Source of the DNA: Saccostrea echinata
Taxonomy: Eukaryota
NCBI RefSeq assembly: GCF_033153115.1
Contig: NW_026889803.1
Location: 11,842,001 to 11,906,000, forward strand
Length of the DNA: 64,000 nucleotides
Reading direction: 5' to 3'
The position numbers and the translations under genes were made by a program. The notes under the pieces were generated by a model. The model did no database searches and was not told the origin of the DNA. It was given only the letters and a program-made list of their open reading frames with translations. Numbering within the stretch: position 1 is the first letter of the stretch; every line of letters begins with the position of its first letter. Below, piece after piece: positions 26,024 to 36,409 of this stretch.

Positions 26024-27763
26024 ACTACATATAAATAAGGAAAGTTGGAAAAGCTGGTCATCTCGTTTGTCATACACTTAGTTGTTAATTGGCCCTTATC
26101 GTCTATAGATAGTAAAAAATCCAAAACGAAAGAAATGTGACAGACTCTGTGGTGTCTCGAGTTCACTGGGATATTTCGAGTCATCATATAAATGCGTGGA
26201 ATTGATAAAACGTCGTCGATGTTTGTGAATGTCGACTTGAAGGCCACAGCAAGTGTTTTCTTCTTCTCAAGTAGAAGTTGTTTTTTTTTAATAAATTCTG
26301 CTTCATATGAATATAAAAAAGGTCTGCTAATAAAGGAGCAAAATTATTGCCAATCGAGTTCTAACAGTTTGTTGGAAGACCTGGTCTCCGAGACTACATA
26401 AATTAATGTTTTCAGTGAGGAACACCAATATCCTTTTAATATCATCTTCAGAGAAATTGTGTGTAGAATCAGAGTGATTTTTAATAAAGTAATTTCGTTG
26501 ATGACCAATGACAAAATACGAAAATTTCTAAGTTCTATTTTTATTGAAGAAGCTGTTTTCTATGACACCAAAAAGTCTAGTTTTTAATTTATCGTGAGAA
26601 ATGGTGGTATAAAGTGTAGAAAATTCGTACGTTTTGATGTTATTGACTTTTGAAAAAAATTGTGATTTTATATTTTCTAAAAGTTCTTTGGGGCTTTTGA
26701 GAATCGACATCTGATTTACACCACTTCTAGAATATGCTGTAGCACAGTACGTCTGAAGTTTCCCCTTAATAGCAGTTATATATTTGAAAGGGCTTGATAG
26801 AGCATGTGCTGAACCCAGCAATGTAAGGATTTACAAAATTCAGTACTACATGTGCTCGTGAGTATATTTAATTGTGTTTATTTTGCTGCCATTTAAACAT
26901 CGATTTGTGACTGTGCTTCACTGTATGTGTTTATGTTTAAAACTGAAGACTGAGAACTGTAAAATGCCACCAACAAGAACAAGTAGTAAATCTGAAAGCA
27001 ACATAGTCATTCCTAGTATGAGCTCACCAAGTAAACCAAGAACATGTAAAGAGTTACAGTCAGTAATAGAAGAAATTTGTCGTCTGAAAAGTGATCTTGT
27101 CAACAAAAAAGACCTTTGCTTAAAAAAAAACACACTGAAAATGCAATAAATTATTTTTAAAAAGTTTTTCTAAAATAAAATTATAATTATGAATCTTACA
27201 AGCAAAGAGATTGTTACAAACCTTGTCTGCTGGAACCATAACATATTGTTCAAGTAGCCTTTCTCGTTCTTTTATCACCTCCGATTTAGTGAAATCGAAG
27301 GATAGATGATTCGCATATTGCTTTTAAGTCTAAGACTGCTTCATGATCATGGAGCCAGGTATCTTTAGTATAGACAACTTTACGGTTAGTACATTCATTC
27401 AGTTTGAATCTTGGATTCAATGAAAAAGATTTTTTCTGTTTTTAGAAAACATTATAATTCAAGATGTTTCTTATTTAAAACTGAAAAATAACGCATTCTA
27501 AAAACATGACAAACACATTGTGTCGTCATTTATAAAAAGAATGACAACATTAGAAGAATCTACATCAAATTTATTTCTGTATTAAGTATATTTATTTAAC
27601 AACTGGATCCAGTTATCCTGTTTTCATAAGAGGATTTTCACCGGATTAAGCACCTGTAATTAACACTGAACATAGAGATACAGCCACATACATGTGCAGC
27701 ATAAACTGCTGATCAAAAACTTTTCAATAAAAAAACGACACAGTAACTTGTATATATATATCT

Positions 27764-28612
27764 TCAAAAATAGCTTGATCCGAAAAACCTACTGAGTTGG
27801 TTTCCCGCTAGAAATGACTGCATGGTAGATTGTCCAACGGCTTCCATCATGGCGGAACTCAGTATTTCGTCTGCACTTGGAACACGCAAGGTTGAATCGG
27901 TCCGGGTAGTGGGCATCATGGAGTTAAACAATAGGTTATTTGTTCCTGACATCGAGTTTGAAATTCCAGTCATCATTCTAGTAATCATCGATGACATCAT
28001 TGGATTATTTGTCGTCGACGTCAACGGAGAGGTCATCATCGACCTCATCTGATTCGTCATTGATGACATCGGATTTGACATCGTGGACATCATTGGATTT
28101 GTCATCGTGGAAATTATTGGATTTGTCATTGCAGACATCACTGAGGCAGTCATTCCTGTAGGGTTAGCTACGTTGTTGGGCATTGATGACGTCATATCAC
28201 GTCTGACAGAGTTTGCCATACCAGAGAGTATGCTGCTTTGGACTGGATTAGACAGCATGGACATCATGTTTGAAAGAGACATCCCAGTTCCCATAGCAAC
28301 AGTACCAGCGTCAGAAACGGCAGATGATGACATTGCAGAAGGTCTCTGCATTTGTGGGAGTAAATCGGATTTATTCCATTTCTTCTTGTAGTCTTTTGTT
28401 GGAGGGAAATAATATACTGAAATGAAATAACGATAATTAAGTACAGATTATGCTTTTACCTTTCAGTGAATCTATTTCAGTATATTATTATGAAAAAAAA
28501 ACTAATTCGCTTTTAAGGTTATGCATACAATGTACTAGTATTTACCTTTATAAGTTGCGCAAACACAGTAAAAATTCAGAAGCATCAAAAAGAAAAATGT
28601 TCCGGATTTCAT
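27764..28612 (-). CDS. Gene E: secreted Met/Ser/Thr/Asn-rich protein, ~239 aa, probable paralog of gene D; exons 28612-28546, 28416-27764
   Basis: Signal MKSGTFFFLMLLNFYCVCA followed by TYK, phase-1 gtaaat. Acceptor ttcatttcag|TA; VYYFPPTKDYKKKWNKSDLLPQ is in frame with ORF 27764-28351. Ends RFFGSSYF*. Confidence 0.85.
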
Positions 28613-28697
28613 TCTTAGTTTGGTATCCTTGTCTGAGATATAATCTTCTTAATTTCTTATTTAACTTTCGTTTTTTATCTATAGGAGGTAGCTTGTT

Positions 28698-28705
28698 CTT
28701 ATATA
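28698..28705 (-). promoter_or_regulatory. TATA box of gene E (TATATAAG)
   Basis: About 90 nt upstream of the ATG; identical octamer to gene B. Confidence 0.55.
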
Positions 28706-29267
28706 TCTTCTTTTCAAGACTACATATAAATGACATATTTCATTTGTCCCATGACCAATTCATCAAAACAAAGAGTAAATGGTCAATCAACTAAAAAACT
28801 GCTAAAGAATGTGTCATTTGAAAAGTAATTTGACTGGAACAATTAGGAATCGTTTCTTTGTTCTGTGGAAATTACTAGAAATTTTATTGATGGAGTCAAT
28901 TAACATTAAAATTCTTATTTTAACATGTGCATTCTAAACCTGTTCTATTGGGGCAATTGTTATTTCCAATTTCTGTTATGACTTTAAAAATGTTTACTAC
29001 TTATTTTTTACACACTAGATAAATAAAGATGAAAATAATTAAGCTTTTTTAAGTGATCTGGTCTACAATTTTAATAATATATTGTATTTATCGCTTGTGT
29101 ATGATAAAAAAACCCCACTTTTTCGAGAAAATTGTCTTTAACATCCTTTCAAAATATTTATTTTATATCTACTAGAATCACTAAAATATTGGCTAAGAAT
29201 TAACTAGTTCTACATAATATACATGTATATCATTTGGTATATATTCCCATTCACTGTTCACGTGAAT

Positions 29268-29428
29268 TAAGGAATAACTGTCTAATTTTTTGGATTCATG
29301 ATGTGATCAATCGAGTGGCTTGCGTGATAATTTGCATAAACGCCGAAGGCGTTTATGCATAAAATTATCACGCAAGCCAATCGATTGATCATCGTCATGA
29401 ATCCAAAAAATCTGACAGTTATTCCTTA
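29268..29428. repeat. ~160-bp imperfect palindrome (hairpin element) between divergent genes E and F
   Basis: taaggaataactgtc...gacagttattcctta, centred on cgcc-gaa-ggcg (29341-29351). Confidence 0.85.
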
Positions 29429-29724
29429 TATTTACATGCTCCTGATTCTGCAAATTCCCGTGCTAATAGCCCCGCTTCTGTCTCTATTTGTCCCGCCCCG
29501 CACGTGATTTTTTTTAACCGCGCCTATCGATGAACCAGTAGATTTATGTAGAAATAAAGTATTTTTACAATTTGTAATTTTATCTCGGACAAAGACATTG
29601 GAAATGTAAATATTTTCGTATCAACATTCATTGTTTTTATTGTGAAATAAAAAACTATATAATTAGTGGTCAACTGTTCTTCCTTGTTTGTCAGTGCACA
29701 GCACTGCCAACAATCATTACACGG

Positions 29725-29732
29725 TATATAAA
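29725..29732 (+). promoter_or_regulatory. TATA box of gene F (TATATAAA)
   Basis: About 100 nt upstream of the ATG at 29826. Confidence 0.55.
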
Positions 29733-29825
29733 CAGGTGTATGAACTTAAAAATCATTTGACAAATAATTAATTCATTCTTGACCAATTTCAGAATGTAAG
29801 GATTCTCGTGAAGGAAGTCAAACTA

Positions 29826-30353
29826 ATGGCCGTTTTCCTATTTCTTTTGAGTTTGTATCTTGGACCTTCAGTCTCTGGTTACAGTTACAGTAAGTTCATG
29901 GCGACTTCGGCATAGTTTCTAGTGGGGTTTTCGTCGATCCTATGAGAAACATGTCTGCTTTCAACCATCAATCTAGCCCCTCCAATTTCTGACACTAAAA
30001 ATGTTTAAATTTTTTTTTTTAATATTGCAGATTATGGAAATTCCGATAACACCTTAAGTATGCCCCTGCCTTTTGTCGGGAATCTACTTATGCCGGCTGA
30101 CTTGCTGCTAACTACGGCCATCCTCCCCGCCAAAACCAAAATGACGGGGATCAACTTTAATTCTGATGACGTCCTGTCATTGATGGCATATATGTTCTAC
30201 CCTAAAGACTTCACTATGACTTCCCTTGCAACAACTATTATTGAGCATCGTCCATCAATGAAGAAAATATTCTCCAACGTGTCCAAAAGGAGGGTCATCC
30301 CTGGAACAAACGTATCCGTATTTGGAGGTATTTATATACTTGTAGGGGTTTAA
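29826..30353 (+). CDS. Gene F: small secreted hydrophobic protein, ~128 aa; exons 29826-29889, 30031-30353
   Basis: Signal MAVFLFLLSLYLGPSVSG followed by YSY, phase-1 gtaagt. Acceptor ttgcag|AT; NYGNSDNTLS is in frame with ORF 30060-30353. Confidence 0.75.
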
Positions 30354-30767
30354 CCTGCATGACAGTATATATATTTTGTAAGTTTCCAAGTGAGCAATCG
30401 AAATCACAAATACATGTATTAGATGTAGTATAAAAGATCAACTAAATTTTGTCTGAAAAATGTTTTACTACTTTTTGATAATTAAATTACACAATCTAAT
30501 TGATACACGCACTTTATGATTAAATATCGTTTAAAAACTAAAATTGTGCAAAATTTTCTTGCTTGCAACAACAACAAAAAAAAAAGAATCCCGAAAGGAC
30601 ATCTTTAAAAAAAAGTTTGTTTGTCCTCTCCCGACCGAATGGTTAAAAAGGGCCCGACTCAAACTTTTTTTAACCTCCTAGAAACATTTTTTTCAAAATT
30701 CAACCTATTCATTTATTTTATCCTGAGTCGGATGAGAGCAAGCAAACATTTTGCAAAGATGGTCGAA

Positions 30768-30768
<1 letters not shown>

Positions 30769-30841
<73 letters not shown>
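30769..30841. repeat. (TA)n microsatellite
   Basis: Direct reading. Confidence 0.95.
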
Positions 30842-30844
<3 letters not shown>

Positions 30845-31962
30845 ATTTTGTAGATGATATGTAAAGGATAAAGCTAAACATTTAAAGGAGGAAAATCCAC
30901 AAAATACTCCCATCCAATTCATTGGACACGTCAGACTCGGAAGGAAACTAAGAAGCGTTACTTTTATCGTTGTTTTCGAGACTGTGTTGTTATTCTACCT
31001 CTGAAAGCAGATTTGTTCTGCTTCAACCCACAGGCCTTTGGATCGCTTAAATCCGACTTTAAAAATATAAAGCGATCTAATAGCCTGTGGTTCAACCGCA
31101 TACCGTATTTCATTTGACTGAATTTATGTGTTTTAGATTTGCAATATTGCCGACAACAAATTGTTAACTGAGTGTAATGTGGTGCACATATTAAAAACGT
31201 TCGAATAAAGCGATTTATTAACAAGACTTTATTTGATCAACTAGTTGCAAGAAATATAAAAACAGGAATTTTAATACTGAATAATCAAAAACAATAAAAG
31301 ATCAAAACCTGATTGAACACGATTATCTCAGTAAGAGTATTTGAAAGCAACAAAAATTTAGTTCAATAAAGGAGGAAATAAAAATAAGAACACGTTTATA
31401 TGAACAAAATGTAGAGGAAAACTTTTTTTTTACCTACAACAGAAATAAAACTAGAAAAAAAAATAGTTTCAAATGATATTTCAGATGTAAAAGAAAAAAT
31501 ATATAAAAAGAAATAAACCACTGAGTTATCCTCGTTCATTGAGACTGATTATTTAAATGCTGATAATGACACTTTTATGTCCAACTGGACAAACATTCGT
31601 GGTCTAAGCAAAGGTCACACGAGGTCATATCTTTGTTATCTGCCTTTCTCAGTCATCGGTACACAATAATTAATCATCCCCTATAGATCTTGATCCCAAT
31701 ATCAGGCTTGTCAAACCAAATAAAAAAAATCCAAGAGCTCTTTCTTTAAGTCGAAGTCACCTCAGAGGAGATACTAGTATGACCTAAGACATGTGTACTT
31801 TGTATCACTGTCCATAAAATTGTGACCATTTTATTCTTGAAAGTCATCGTTTGTTTGTTTGTTTTTGCTCAGTGGGAAAATAATCTACCAAATGAATCTA
31901 AAACTTGAAAATTCTCGAGAGTAACATGTAGTGAAAGAGTATTATTTTCGGCCTTCCTTTTG

Positions 31963-33379
31963 TCAGTCGCTTCTCTTGTGATGGACCACGTTCTTCAGGA
32001 CTGGCCCAACATACCATTTCCTTAGAGTGTTTTCCATCAGATAGTCAACTGACCTATCTATAGGTTTAATGATGAAAGGAATGGAGAGAAGCCCGACGGC
32101 AGTGGTGGTCCACTTTCTGGTTGGTCCAGGCCACGTGGTGGCTTTCTTCAGAAGTACCTCGGTGTACGTACAGATGCGGTTGATGGTGAATCCTGGGATA
32201 GCGACAGACGCCAGACCCTGCCAGATTAGTGTGTCTACGATTGCCCATCCAACACGTAGTCTCTTCTTACGTTCGTCTTCAAATGACTTCTGATTAAAAT
32301 ATACAAGAAACATTGTACAATTAAGCATGCAGATTTTTTTATAATTGAAATTGAAGATTTACAGTAAATAACATCATTTGTTACTGATGTTTCTGGCCTC
32401 AAGACATTAAATTGAGAACAGGCTGAAGTCAAAATTTTGATTTTGAATATCTTAACTTTTATTTCACATGGCCGTAGGAACCGGGGGAGGGGGCATTTTT
32501 TTTTTTTTTTTTTTTGCTTGTCAAGAAATTTTTGGTAGTTGATAGTGCCCCCTCAACTGAAAATGTATGGCTGTGCCCTCCCCCCCCCCCCCCCAACTGA
32601 AATTGCTTCCTACGGGCCTTGTTTCATGTACGTGTTTGAAAAATTGCATTTTAGCCTAGAATATTCAAATGCAAACGCAGTTGAAAATTAAATATATTCT
32701 GTTTGATTCTCAAAATCATTTTAACAGTTACATCAATTTGAAAGTCTGTTCTCAGTTTATGGTCTTGATGCTTTATTTATACTTAGGGTGTACTTCCCTG
32801 TTGATGCGGAAATATATCTATCGACTGGAGGAAAACGGTTATTATTTTTCAGTATTGTGCATGAAAAATTGTTTTCCAAAATGACCCTTCTAATGTATTC
32901 ACTGGCCCCTAAGTAATAAGGTCCAATTATTGAAATCTGGTCAAAAGATCTGGGAGAGTTTTAGGTTTTCTGATCTAGCCAATACTTATTCCTTCAAACT
33001 TCCATAAAATCTTAATTTAAAACTGATGGAAAGAAGGTAATTACAATAGAGATGGTCTGTGCCCCTGATTACCTGAGATGTTTCCCAGCCTTTATGTATG
33101 GCATCCGCCACCACATAACCACTAGCTACAACATAACTGAGGTAGACCCATTTGACGGGAACCTGGGCACGAAATGCCTCGCCTACTTCATTACTGTATC
33201 CTGCAATTTATAAAAAGTTCTGCTTTCATTGATTGGCAGAAAATAAAATACATGTTCTGTATGTGCTTTTGTCGTCTTATTTTGACGTTCAAGGGATAAT
33301 AAAAAGATACTGTACCTAGGTAACGCACGTGTGTATCTCTAAAGAAATCTACATCTCCCTTTTCAATGTCATTTTCCAT
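31963..33379 (-). CDS. MTFP1: Mitochondrial fission process protein 1 (MTP18), ~172 aa; exons 33379-33316, 33200-33073, 32289-31963
   Basis: Family motifs DFFRDTHVRYLGYSNEVGEAFR, YVVADAIHKG, DTLIWQGLASVAIPGFTINR, IPFIIKPIDRSVD; GT-AG introns with consistent phases. Confidence 0.93.
32467..32621. mobile_element. Small MITE in MTFP1 intron 2
   Basis: ccgtaggaa ... ttcctacgg inverted termini with G and C tracts. Confidence 0.5.
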
Positions 33380-33474
33380 GCTAACATGCTGCCCGGAAGT
33401 TGTGCTTATTTCAACCGGATGTTGATATTTTATAAATAGCGTCCTAAACAACCGACAGCCCACGCTTTTAAAAA
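33380..33474. promoter_or_regulatory. Compact bidirectional promoter (MTFP1 / stathmin-like) with ETS motifs
   Basis: 95 bp between opposing ATGs; CCGGAAGT at 33393-33400 and ACCGGATGT at 33414-33422. Confidence 0.6.
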
Positions 33475-35304
33475 ATGGAAGAAGACTGTAAATATACCTC
33501 GTTTGATGTGGAAATGGGATCTCCCAGTCGTAAATCTGAACCTCCTCAAAGATTAACAAAATATCAACGCCGTCACACCACACAAGAAGAAATAAAGGCC
33601 AAACAAATTGCTGCAGAGGAGAGACGAAAGGTATCGATATTATTGTAAAAACTTCGTAGGCTTCAAGGTCTATAACTGACGTACTCATTTTCTTCCAATG
33701 TAAAGCATAAAATAGTATTGTTTAAATAAAAAAAAAAATAGTAAGAGCTCATAGCCTCTCAAAAATATTATATTTCCATTCAATCGCATCCATATTTCGT
33801 TCTATGAGAGCAGATTGTACGTTGTGGATATGATTGACGGGAAAATCTCATATTTTTGAGAAATTATGATCTCTTACTATTTTTATTATTTATTTGGGTA
33901 AGAAGAGGGGTGTCCACATGAATGATAACAAAGAATCTTACTTTTAGGATTAGAGTCAAAGTCGTAGGGAAGACCAAGCTATAAAAATTTTATGATAGTT
34001 GAATTAACGTTGGTCCCTACCAATACAATCAATGTATGAAGTTTTGATTAAAATATTTTGAAGTTTCTTCTAAACTCTATAGATCTGCTAAAGGCAAAAT
34101 ATGTAATAGTAAGGTCAAGGTCATAGGAAAGGTCAAACTAAGAAAATTATGAGTTGAATACCTCCCACCAATATGTTTCAGCGTACGAGTTATGATATAA
34201 ACATCTATAAAATAATTGCTTTGAGACTTAAGAAAGAATAGTGACGTCAAGGTCAGAAAATTATGCCACAATTTATTAGCTCTGTATCAGTGTATAAATT
34301 CTGGTTAAAGTGACACTGTGACGGACAAACGGGAAAATTGACAACAGTAGAATTTTTGCATGATAAATGCAAATTTTGTTCAGTTCTTGAAGATATTAGG
34401 TTTCAGAAAATTACAGGTTTCAGAACCTAAAAAATCTAATTTAATGTAGAAAAATAAAAGTAAAACAAATCTTTGTATAACCCATCACAAAAATATTGCT
34501 TCACTTCTTCCTCTTTATTGTACGCATGCACTGAAAAGTTGAAGAATTTACCATGGTTTCAATTCCATAGGTATAAATGTCGGATGACTGAGAATTTTGA
34601 TATAATCTTCAAAAAAGATGATCATAACTTATTCCTTACTTCTGCTTGCCCCAATTCAATGTTGTTTACAAGTTTCACGCTAAAAATAAAGGACGCGTGA
34701 CCTTGACATTGTTGACATTGACGATAAAAACAAAGCGATAGATACATTTGTTTTTCCGGCACTTATGCAGTTTTTTTCTTGCTTTACAGTGCAGTTGAAT
34801 TGTCAAAACTTCGCTATATTCATATTTCACAGAAATCTTTTGTTTTGTGATACAATTTTCTTAAAAGAAACACATGGTTTTGACTCATTATGCAACTTTA
34901 AAATAACTTGAACAGTATCTCTGAAACTGAGCTAAATGTCAAGTGTGATGGATGGACAAATGGAAGGACAAAAGACAGACATGACAAACACTATATACGC
35001 AGCCATATTTATGGTGGGCCTTAAAAAGGGTACTCTTCATGCAGTGGACTGATTTTTTTTTTTTCAAATTTAGGTCTATGAACATGAAAAGCTGATGAGA
35101 ATCCAAGAAAGGAGTGAAGAATGTTCCAAGATTAATTCTAAAGTGAGTCACTTGTTGGCTCTTGATGCCAAAAGACGAGGCCTGCCTGGTACAAGTCAAG
35201 TAAAACCTATCTCCACAAGAGAGGCCGTGCAGTCCATTAAATCACTCAGTAAAGACTTCTCCAGAATAACACAAGGCTTCAATGTCAACGAAATGCAATC
35301 ATAA
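33475..35304 (+). CDS. Stathmin-like protein, ~128 aa; exons 33475-33630, 35074-35304
   Basis: Exon 1 MEEDCKYTSFDVEMGSPSRKSEPPQRL...TQEEIKAKQIAAEERRK matches the stathmin pattern (F-E/D-V/L hairpin, SP site, EEIQKKLEAAEERRK). Phase-0 aag|gtatcg and tttag|GTC are in frame with ORF 35095-35304. Confidence 0.75.
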
Positions 35305-36409
35305 TTCACCTTGCCAAACAAAGAGGCCTTCCTATTGGGAAAAGTGTATATGATATACTTCAAAATAACATAACAAGTAGTTCTTCAATAAGAATTACTG
35401 AAGTCAATCAATACACTATCAATATGAATTTTATTTTCCAAGTGTAATACCAACATCACTGGAATAGCGAGAAATATTTTCTAAGTAGAAAAAGGTGGAC
35501 AAGCTGTTACTTGCGAAGTGTTTACACTCAGTTACAATCACGAAAACATGTTACTTCAATAATTTATTTCAGTTCTTTCTTTGTTTATACAAATAAAAAC
35601 TTTTCAATAAATCTTTTCCATGCCTTACTTCAATGCAATTTGTCCAAAGGAAATCAGTGACAGGTTTAACATAAAGGAGATGTTACAGCTTTTTCAACAT
35701 TCTACAGTTCCTTCTAGGACTGGGACAATAGAGGTATCCTCACAATACAGTCACAGCAATGATACAAAATGCTTGATACTCTGTCTCAATACTTTCATCA
35801 CTGAACCTTAAATCACGATACAATAATGTATCCAAAAACAGCCCCATTCCTAATTCCTTCCTTCAAACATACTAGCGACAAATCAATTTATATCATAACT
35901 GCACTGATATTGATAATGAATATACTACATGTATTTGTTAAATTACACCACTAATGAAAATTGTTCGATGATATTTTTAGGATACATGTACTAAGTTTTT
36001 TTTATTCCTACGATCTCTTGTAAACTGAAAAATTAATAAATGGTTAAGTATTTACTGGTTTGTATCATTTTTTCATGAAAAACAAAATTAAAACTAAAAA
36101 AAATCCCCTAGATTGCTTGCCTTAATCATCCAGATTTTCGATGAAGATAATAATAATAATAATAATACACTAACAGTTTTCTGACTGATTCAGAATTTCT
36201 TCTCCAGACCCTATATCCCATGTTAACACAATGTTACACACTAACTGTAAAATAAACTCGCTAAAGAACCAATGCCCAAAGAATAAGAAATTTAAGGTTA
36301 TTCTCGCAAATGAAATTTACATCATGTACACATGTAAATACAAAGATGTCAATCATCATCTTCAAATACTTCATTAACAGCAACACTATGGATGACTGAT
36401 GTGTGACTT

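Larger units (their letters stand above)
24377..26815 (-). mobile_element. Second degenerate Penelope-like RT copy (24377-24750 and 26024-26815), split by nested insertions
   Basis: Same 3' end as 12013-13040. ORF pieces FKSTFTNIDDVLSI, YSRSGVNQMSILKS, IKTYEFSTLYTTISHDKLKTRL. The sequence resumes collinearly after the insert. Confidence 0.75.

Noticed and set aside
26874-27149. ORF MPPTRTSSKS...EEICRLKSDLV, possibly a LINE ORF1 start
   Set aside because: Short, truncated, with no diagnostic motif, signal peptide or splice support.
30621-30922. YI-repeat ORFs
   Set aside because: Translation of a (TA)n microsatellite.
33191-33688. 165-aa minus-strand ORF as an N-terminally extended MTFP1
   Set aside because: The upstream part is antisense to the stathmin-like exon and the downstream part runs into intron; family similarity starts near MENDIEKGDVDFFRDT.
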